This document shows positions 58,043 to 64,000 of a stretch of DNA of 64,000 nucleotides, in pieces. Origin of the DNA: an uncultured Pseudomonadales bacterium (GTDB lineage: Bacteria; Patescibacteriota; Microgenomatia; UBA1400; PJMF01); assembly GCA_964648715.1 (NCBI GenBank), contig CAZYNM010000006.1, positions 15,355 to 79,354 of the forward strand, in the 5' to 3' direction. Positions within the stretch are counted from its first letter, which is position 1. Every line of letters begins with the position of its first letter. The position numbers and the translations under genes were made by a program. Under the pieces are notes generated by a model, which was not told where the DNA came from, searched no databases, and saw nothing but the letters and a program-made list of their open reading frames with translations.

Positions 58043-58225
58043 AGAAGACCTACTTTCTTGGAACAAAAAACAAACAGATATATTTGTAAAATCCTCAACA
58101 AGGATGATCAAAGTTTTTGTAGTACCTTGTTAAAGATCCCCCTGTGAGCGCCAGATAGAGGCGAGTTGCCTGTGCGGCGCTACACAAGAGATGTGTAGTA
58201 TAAGATGTAAAGGAAAAAATGAAAA

Positions 58226-59497
58226 CTAGCGCTTTTTACGTAAAAATGCGGGTACTTCAAACTCATCTTCAAATGTAACATCAGCAGTCGGCGTGGGTTG
58301 AGGTGCTGCCTTTTCTTCTGCTGGCTCATCTGCAAGGTTCAGTTGTTTCATGAAAGTGTGCTGGACTGGTTGCATAGGAACCGCCTGGGTCATGACTGGT
58401 TGAGTAAATCCTTGTGGAGCTCGGTCAATAACGGGCGGTTGAGGCTCGGTTGGTTCTTGGCGTTGTTGCGTACCAAGGCGACGCTGTGAATCCCTGCTAA
58501 ATGCACCAAACATGCCGCGAGAACTGCCATACCCCATTTGTGTTTCGTTGAATCCTGTAGCAATCACACTAATCTTGATTTTTGAACCCATCTCTTCGTT
58601 GATAGTGGCACCAAAGATGATGTTAGCATCGGGGTCTGCGGCTGCTGCGATGATGCTTGAGGCATCAGAGACTTCCGACATCGTCATGTCTGGCCCACCA
58701 ATAATGTTGAAGAGAATACCTTTGGCTCCGTCTATAGAAACTTCTAGGAGTGGTGATGCAACAGCTAAGCGTGCTGCTGTTGCTGCTCTGTTCTCACCAC
58801 TTGCTTCACCAATTCCCATGAGCGCTGAACCAGAATCACTCATGATGGTTTTGACATCGGCAAAATCCACATTGATAAGCCCAGGGACGGTGATGAGATC
58901 TGAGATACCTTGTACACCTTGACCCAGCACGTTGTCCGCCAGTCGGAAGGCATCGAGGAGCGTCATTTTCTTGTCAATGACATCCATCAAGCGTTGGTTA
59001 GGAATAACAATGAGAGTATCAACGTAGTCTTTAAGACCTGCAATGCCTTCTTCTGCGGCACGCATGCGGCGCATACCTTCAAAAATGAACGGTTTGGTAA
59101 CAACTGCTACCGTAAGTGCTCCAGACTCTTTGGCAATTTGCGCAATAATGGGAGAAGCGCCTGTCCCAGTACCACCACCCATACCAGCAGTAATAAAGAC
59201 CATATCTGTGTCAAAAAGTAACTCTTTGATCTTTTCAACTGATTCCTCGGCAGCAGCTCGACCTACTTCTGGATCTGCACCAGAACCAAGACCACGCGTG
59301 AAGTTGCTTCCAATTTGTAGTTTTGTGTCTGCTTTTGAAGTTAAGAGTGCCTGTGCATCAGTATTAACTGCAATGAACTCAACGCCTTGAATTTGATTAG
59401 ACGTGATCATGGAGTTAACTGCATTACCACCACCACCACCCACACCAATTACTTTGATTTTGGCAAATGTCGTATTTGATGGTTTGACCAAGGCCAT
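58226..59497 (-). CDS. ftsZ: Cell division GTPase FtsZ.
   Basis: Tubulin signature GGGTGTG and T7 loop. Disordered C-terminal linker with conserved terminal peptide. Confidence 0.95.
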   Translation of the reverse strand: MALVKPSNTTFAKIKVIGVGGGGGNAVNSMITSNQIQGVEFIAVNTDAQALLTSKADTKLQIGSNFTRGLGSGADPEVGRAAAEESVEKIKELLFDTDMVFITAGMGGGTGTGASPIIAQIAKESGALTVAVVTKPFIFEGMRRMRAAEEGIAGLKDYVDTLIVIPNQRLMDVIDKKMTLLDAFRLADNVLGQGVQGISDLITVPGLINVDFADVKTIMSDSGSALMGIGEASGENRAATAARLAVASPLLEVSIDGAKGILFNIIGGPDMTMSEVSDASSIIAAAADPDANIIFGATINEEMGSKIKISVIATGFNETQMGYGSSRGMFGAFSRDSQRRLGTQQRQEPTEPQPPVIDRAPQGFTQPVMTQAVPMQPVQHTFMKQLNLADEPAEEKAAPQPTPTADVTFEDEFEVPAFLRKKR

Positions 59498-59562
59498 AGG
59501 TTCTTTCCGGTTAAAGCGAGTGTACCACGTCTTTTTTGAGAATCAACATGAGGGAACGTGCT

Positions 59563-60867
59563 TCACGGCATCATTGACTTAATAAACTGTATACCTTTTT
59601 GGACTACTTTGCTCAGTGATGCACCCTTGAACAGCGATGCAACGGAGAAATGAGCCTGTGTTACTTCTCCACCCTGCTCTCTCCCATACTGCAGTAAACC
59701 AATACTGGTGGCAAATGATGGTTTATGAATATCACCCGTCAAGCCTAGAAGCTCAATGGGAACACCAAGACGTGCTGGAAGTTTGAGCTCATGCTTTGCA
59801 ACTTCTAAGATTTCTGCCGTTTCTGCTCCACCGCCGGTTAATACCACACCAGCTGGAATATTTTTGAGAATATCATGTGCACTTAGTTTTTCGGCAACCA
59901 GTGAGAATATTTCTTGCATACGGGGGACCATAATGCCATCGACAACTGTTCTCTTGGACAGTACTTCTGAACTTTGACCATTGGTAAACTCTTCAAGTTT
60001 AAGTTCATCAGCTTTTTTACGACGTTCATTAAATTCAACCTTTGTTTCTCCAGGTTGCGCTTTGAGTGCTTCAGGCTTTTCGTGCGAGAGGGCAACTTTT
60101 ACTTTCTCCGCAACATCAATACTTACTCTGCAGCCAAGTGCAATGTCCTGGGTGATGTGACGCGCACCAATAGGAAGTGAAGCAGAATATTTAAGTGCGC
60201 CATCAACATATGCTGAGACAGACGTAGTGCCTGCCCCAATGTCTATGAGTGCGACACCAAGTTCTTTTTCGGTATCGGAAAGAGTGACTTTCGCAGCTGC
60301 TAAACCAGAAAAGACAAAGCCACTTACTGTGAGCCCAATGTCCTCAATACATTTTTGAATGTTGCGTAAGGCTGTGGACATACCAGTAATAATGTGTGCC
60401 TCAGCCTCTAGGCGCACGCCTGTCATACCCACAGGGTCCTTAATACCTTCTTGCGAATCCACCTTGTAAAAATTGGGAATCACGTGGATAAGTTCTTTAT
60501 CTGAAGGAAGTGAGATGGCGCGAGCAGCCTCAATAACTCTGCTAACATCAGTGGGCATGATCTCTTGATCTGGGGAAGCCACTGCCACAACTCCTTTTGA
60601 GTTGAGTGAGGCTATATGTGAACCAGAAACGGAGACATACACAGAAGTTACCTCAATCCCAGCCATGCGTTCTGCACCATCCACACTCTCGGTAATTGTC
60701 TCCAGCACTTGCTCAAGATCAATGATAAGACTTTTCTTCATGCCTCGAGAAGGAACGGCAGATACACCTAAGACTTTGAGTTTTTTTGTATCTTTGTCTT
60801 CTTTGGCAATAAGGGTGACACACTTGTCTGTCCCTAGATCAATAGCCGTTACAATAGTTTCTGCCAT
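59563..60867 (-). CDS. ftsA: Cell division protein FtsA (actin-like ATPase).
   Basis: Actin-fold phosphate motifs (AIDLGTDK, DIGAGTT). Position upstream of ftsZ. Confidence 0.9.
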   Translation of the reverse strand: MAETIVTAIDLGTDKCVTLIAKEDKDTKKLKVLGVSAVPSRGMKKSLIIDLEQVLETITESVDGAERMAGIEVTSVYVSVSGSHIASLNSKGVVAVASPDQEIMPTDVSRVIEAARAISLPSDKELIHVIPNFYKVDSQEGIKDPVGMTGVRLEAEAHIITGMSTALRNIQKCIEDIGLTVSGFVFSGLAAAKVTLSDTEKELGVALIDIGAGTTSVSAYVDGALKYSASLPIGARHITQDIALGCRVSIDVAEKVKVALSHEKPEALKAQPGETKVEFNERRKKADELKLEEFTNGQSSEVLSKRTVVDGIMVPRMQEIFSLVAEKLSAHDILKNIPAGVVLTGGGAETAEILEVAKHELKLPARLGVPIELLGLTGDIHKPSFATSIGLLQYGREQGGEVTQAHFSVASLFKGASLSKVVQKGIQFIKSMMP

Positions 60868-60891
60868 AGGTCTATCCTTAGGATAGCAAAC

Positions 60892-61596
60892 TTACTGCTT
60901 CTTGCGTAGTACCGGGAGCTTGAAGCGGACATCAATTTCTTGGTAGCGTGTGCTCACCTCTCGATATTCTGCAGAACTGAGGATTTGCTGTAACTCAGCA
61001 AGGTGTATCGCCGTTTCTTGAATAGGAAGAAGTACGCGTGCTCCATCTTTCATGCTAACGCTGATTGTTTCATTGTCAAGCAACTCAATCTGAGTTGCTT
61101 GATTTGGCAGAGTGCTTTGCGCGAGTGTCCGCAGTGCAGTATGTAGTGCAGGTTGGAGAGTGGTGGGTGTGTGGATCAACTGGCTTGGTGCAAGTGCTGT
61201 ACTGATGCGTACCTCCGATTGACCTGTTGCCGCAAAGAGCATGCCGGAATCATTTACATCCCAACTCTGCTCTGAACTAATAAGTGTATATCGAATGGGT
61301 ACAGACTCTAGGTGGATAGTCACAGATCGTGGGAAGTGCTTCTGAATACTGGTAACAATAACTGAATGAGTTGCAAGCAGCTCTTGTGCTCTCTCCTGTA
61401 TATCAACAGCAATTAATGAACTACCACGCAGTGGTGATAGTGCATCATGCATACTAGCTAGGCAGGTAGCACCATCGTAGGTGCAGTCAATACGGGACAC
61501 TTGTAGTGTATACCAGCTCAATATGAGCATGATTGCCGCAAAGATGGTATATCCAAGACTGAGCCTGCGTGTATGGTGAACGGTATGCAGTTTCAT
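60892..61596 (-). CDS. ftsQ: FtsQ/DivIB-like division protein.
   Basis: Single N-terminal TM plus POTRA-like region. Position between murG and ftsA. Confidence 0.5.
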   Translation of the reverse strand: MKLHTVHHTRRLSLGYTIFAAIMLILSWYTLQVSRIDCTYDGATCLASMHDALSPLRGSSLIAVDIQERAQELLATHSVIVTSIQKHFPRSVTIHLESVPIRYTLISSEQSWDVNDSGMLFAATGQSEVRISTALAPSQLIHTPTTLQPALHTALRTLAQSTLPNQATQIELLDNETISVSMKDGARVLLPIQETAIHLAELQQILSSAEYREVSTRYQEIDVRFKLPVLRKKQ

Positions 61597-62717
61597 TGAG
61601 GTGCTGTTATGTGTTCTAGTGCAGCAAGAACCGTCGCCGGTGCTTCTGTGGGTACTTCAAGATCTTTGAGTCTTCTACGATAAGCCTTATGCTTACTTGC
61701 TACAAGGCCTATCTTATCAAGGAGTAGCTCTGCAGTTAGGTCTTTTTGTTCAATGATTTCTGCACCACCACTTTCTTTAAGCCATGCGGCATTCAAAAAT
61801 TGTTCATTATGATGGGAGAATGGTAAGGGAATAAGGATACTGGGTACTTGAAAGCTGGCTAGTTCTTGAACGGTGTTTGCCCCAGACCTTCCCACCACAA
61901 CAGTGGCATGATCATAGAGCCATCCCAATTCGTCGGCAGAAATCCACTCTTGAATAACATAGCGGTTTTGGTGCGAACGAGGTAAGCCTGCGCGAACTTG
62001 AGCTAGCTCAGAGGAATAACTGCGCAGTTGTGAGCTGCTCCCACACTGATGAATCACGACCCATTCCTTTACAAGTTTGGTAATTAATCGAGATACACAG
62101 GTATTAATAACTTCTGAGCCCTGACTCCCCCCAGTGATATAAAGAACTGGTAAGTTTTGTGGATTGTGGTACCAGCTGGGGGCAGAATCAGAGTGTTCCG
62201 TTAAGGAAGATCGGATAAGATTGCCCACAACTTCTGTTTTATGTTCTGGTAATTGACTTGCTGATTCCGGAAAAGACACAAAAATTCGTTTCGCGATAGG
62301 CGCTAAAGCTTTGGTGGCAAAGCCAATGCTACGTGTTTGTTCATGAGTAACTACGGGAATGCCCAGTACCCATGCCGCATAGCCCAGGGGAACCGCAAGA
62401 TAACTGCCAAAGGAAAGATAAATAGTTGGTTTTTCTTGTACAAAGTAATAGAGTGCGCGTACAAATGCAGTTACTGTATGCAGCGCCACAAAGAGCAGTT
62501 CAACTGGATTATATGAAGTAACTTTACCAGCACTAAATGGTATGAATGGGACTCCTCTTGCTTGTACTTCTTCAAGCTCGTGTGACGGTTGCCCAGTGAC
62601 TAGCTGTGCATGTTCTCGTCCAAAAAAAATACAAGAATGTGGTGCTTTCTGTTCTCGTAGATAATCAATAAATGCTAGTGCTGGAGTGAGGTGTCCTCCG
62701 GAAAGTGCAATTTTCAT
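61593..62717 (-). CDS. murG: MurG, the lipid II glycosyltransferase (UDP-N-acetylglucosamine--N-acetylmuramyl-(pentapeptide) pyrophosphoryl-undecaprenol N-acetylglucosamine transferase).
   Basis: GT28 N- and C-terminal domains (MKIALSGGHLTPALA, ITGGSQGS). Confidence 0.9.
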   Translation of the reverse strand: MKIALSGGHLTPALAFIDYLREQKAPHSCIFFGREHAQLVTGQPSHELEEVQARGVPFIPFSAGKVTSYNPVELLFVALHTVTAFVRALYYFVQEKPTIYLSFGSYLAVPLGYAAWVLGIPVVTHEQTRSIGFATKALAPIAKRIFVSFPESASQLPEHKTEVVGNLIRSSLTEHSDSAPSWYHNPQNLPVLYITGGSQGSEVINTCVSRLITKLVKEWVVIHQCGSSSQLRSYSSELAQVRAGLPRSHQNRYVIQEWISADELGWLYDHATVVVGRSGANTVQELASFQVPSILIPLPFSHHNEQFLNAAWLKESGGAEIIEQKDLTAELLLDKIGLVASKHKAYRRRLKDLEVPTEAPATVLAALEHITAPQ

Positions 62718-63796
62718 GGTTTTCGAGCAAGTCTAAACAGTATACCTGCGGCACAGAGTATCATGATGAGCGATGATCTTCCATAGGAGAAAAACGGCAG
62801 TGGCACACCGGTAAGTGGAACAAGACCGGTCACTGAACCAAGGTTGAGGAGTATCTGTACAAACAGCCAACTGCAGATTCCAACTGCCAAGAGCTTGAGT
62901 CCGAGGTCATCTTGTTTTTCTACTGTATGCCAGTAGGCATAGCTGCAGTAACCAACGAGGATTACAATAAGTACCGTTGATCCTACAAAACCCAGCTCTT
63001 CTGCTATGATCGCAAAGATAGAGTCAGTGCTTGCTTCAGGAATGTAGGCAAACTTTTGGCTCGAGTTACCCAAACCTTGACCAAACCAACCACCTCTGGC
63101 TAATGCGAGTGTAATCTGGTGCATATGAAAACTTGCGCCTAATGGGTCAGAATCTGGATTAAAAAAGGTTAAGAACCGCTCACGTCGATACGGTGACACA
63201 AGGATGAGGAGGAGCAGCAGTGGTATGCCTACAGCTCCAAGAGTAAAGAGCGCCTTAATCTGCCCGCCTGCAGCAAAATACACAGACAAAGCAATTCCTA
63301 CCAAAAGCAAAAACGAGCCAAGGTCTGGTTGCAACATAACCAGGATGCAGGGCAGAATGAGGGTGCCAATGAGTGACGCAAGTCGTTGGTGCGCTTGTAA
63401 CCATTGAGACAGGTATGCCACTATTCCCAATTTCATCAACTCAACTGGTTGGATGACTATTCCACCTAGAGAAAGCCAGCGGCGTGCGCCATTGAACTCC
63501 ATTCCAATGCCAGGAATAAGCACAATGACTAAACAAAAGAGCGCGGCCATATATAAGAGGTGCCCATATTTGACAATGTATTTGGGGGGGATATATGCGG
63601 CCACAGCAAATGCTACAAAGCCCAGTCCAGCTCCAATAAGTTGTTTCTTAAACAGAAAGAATTGATCACCAAAAGTAGTAAGACTTTCAGCACTTGAAGC
63701 TTCCAAAACAAAGACGCTGCCTACGAGTACTAAAAACAGTGTCCAGACTAACAACAGTACTGGATAGCCAGGTTTACTCAATAGAGGTGTTTTCAT
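62714..63796 (-). CDS. ftsW: FtsW (SEDS family).
   Basis: SEDS topology with C-terminal PLPFFSYGRSS motif. Start MKTPLL at 63796 overlaps the upstream stop (ATGA). Sits in the division/cell-wall cluster. Confidence 0.85.
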   Translation of the reverse strand: MKTPLLSKPGYPVLLLVWTLFLVLVGSVFVLEASSAESLTTFGDQFFLFKKQLIGAGLGFVAFAVAAYIPPKYIVKYGHLLYMAALFCLVIVLIPGIGMEFNGARRWLSLGGIVIQPVELMKLGIVAYLSQWLQAHQRLASLIGTLILPCILVMLQPDLGSFLLLVGIALSVYFAAGGQIKALFTLGAVGIPLLLLLILVSPYRRERFLTFFNPDSDPLGASFHMHQITLALARGGWFGQGLGNSSQKFAYIPEASTDSIFAIIAEELGFVGSTVLIVILVGYCSYAYWHTVEKQDDLGLKLLAVGICSWLFVQILLNLGSVTGLVPLTGVPLPFFSYGRSSLIMILCAAGILFRLARKP

Positions 63797-64000
63797 CGCA
63801 AAGCTGTTAACCACACACCAAAGAGCGTGAGCAGAATCTGCACCAGCCAAGCACGTTGCACGATCTTAGGCTCTTCCCAGCCGTTTCGTTGCAAAGTGAG
63901 GTGTAACGGTGCGGCGGGAATAAGCTTACGGCCCAAGAAGCGTTTGCTCATAAGTTGTAAAAATGAAGTCGCGATTTCAATCACGAAGATGAATCCAATG
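63793..64000 (-). CDS. 3' end of an upstream gene truncated by the window end, possibly murD-like.
   Basis: Open frame to the window end. Stop overlaps the ftsW start. Weak resemblance to MurD C-terminal residues. Confidence 0.25.
   Translation of the reverse strand, partial: IGFIFVIEIATSFLQLMSKRFLGRKLIPAAPLHLTLQRNGWEEPKIVQRAWLVQILLTLFGVWLTALR

Noticed and set aside
1-64000. Search for rRNA genes, CRISPR arrays, IS elements or terminal inverted repeats.
   Set aside because: No rRNA-like conserved stretches were seen. No regularly spaced short direct repeats. No transposase-like ORFs. The only mobile-element signal is the recombinase/T4SS element.

Overview
The window divides into two compositionally distinct parts.

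**Positions 1 to about 23,750** are AT-rich (roughly 33-42% GC by eye). I read this part as the right-hand portion of an integrative conjugative/mobilisable element inserted at a tRNA-Glu(UUC) gene. It carries:
- a large serine recombinase whose 3' end overlaps the tRNA;
- a Gram-positive/CPR-style type IV secretion gene set: a VirB2/TrbC-like pilin, a VirB6/TrbL-like polytopic membrane protein, a probable VirB4 N-terminal fragment at the window edge, and a VirD4/TraG-like coupling ATPase;
- an ArdC-like antirestriction protein, a replication-relaxation-like wHTH protein, an orphan receiver-domain protein, and a MacB-type fused ABC transporter.

The most notable content inside this element is a complete diversity-generating retroelement (DGR), which automated ORF callers do not annotate:
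- an Avd-like four-helix-bundle protein (13847-14188, minus);
- a 112-bp template repeat (TR, 13692-13803);
- a reverse transcriptase (12406-13563, minus) carrying the DGR-type GxxxSQ motif-4 signature;
- a cognate variable repeat (VR, 10377-10488) inside the FGE-sulfatase / C-type-lectin-fold domain of a 1530-aa surface protein (7016-11608, minus).

All 14 TR/VR mismatches fall at adenines of the coding strand, the expected pattern for DGR mutagenesis. A MNT/HepT toxin-antitoxin pair sits on the opposite strand between the reverse transcriptase and the target gene.

**Positions 23,760 to 64,000** are about 50% GC and look like ordinary core chromosome of a small-genome bacterium, possibly Patescibacteria/CPR-like (inference only). 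Genes present:
- yraN, rplS, pyrG, dnaE, gatCAB, htpX, lemA;
- tRNA-Asp, tRNA-Gly and tRNA-Thr;
- a LysM protein;
- a polysaccharide/glycosylation cluster (O-antigen-ligase-like, GT2, flippase, ArnT-like), lepB and parB;
- rpmA, rplU and a SEDS protein;
- ABC exporters and a type-2 IleRS with a T-box leader;
- a division cluster: ftsZ, ftsA, ftsQ, murG, ftsW and a partial murD-like end.

A short very-low-GC island (51342-52595) encodes an orphan protein with a HEPN-like Rx4HG motif. No CRISPR array or rRNA was seen. All calls come from reading the sequence and the supplied translations; no database search was run.
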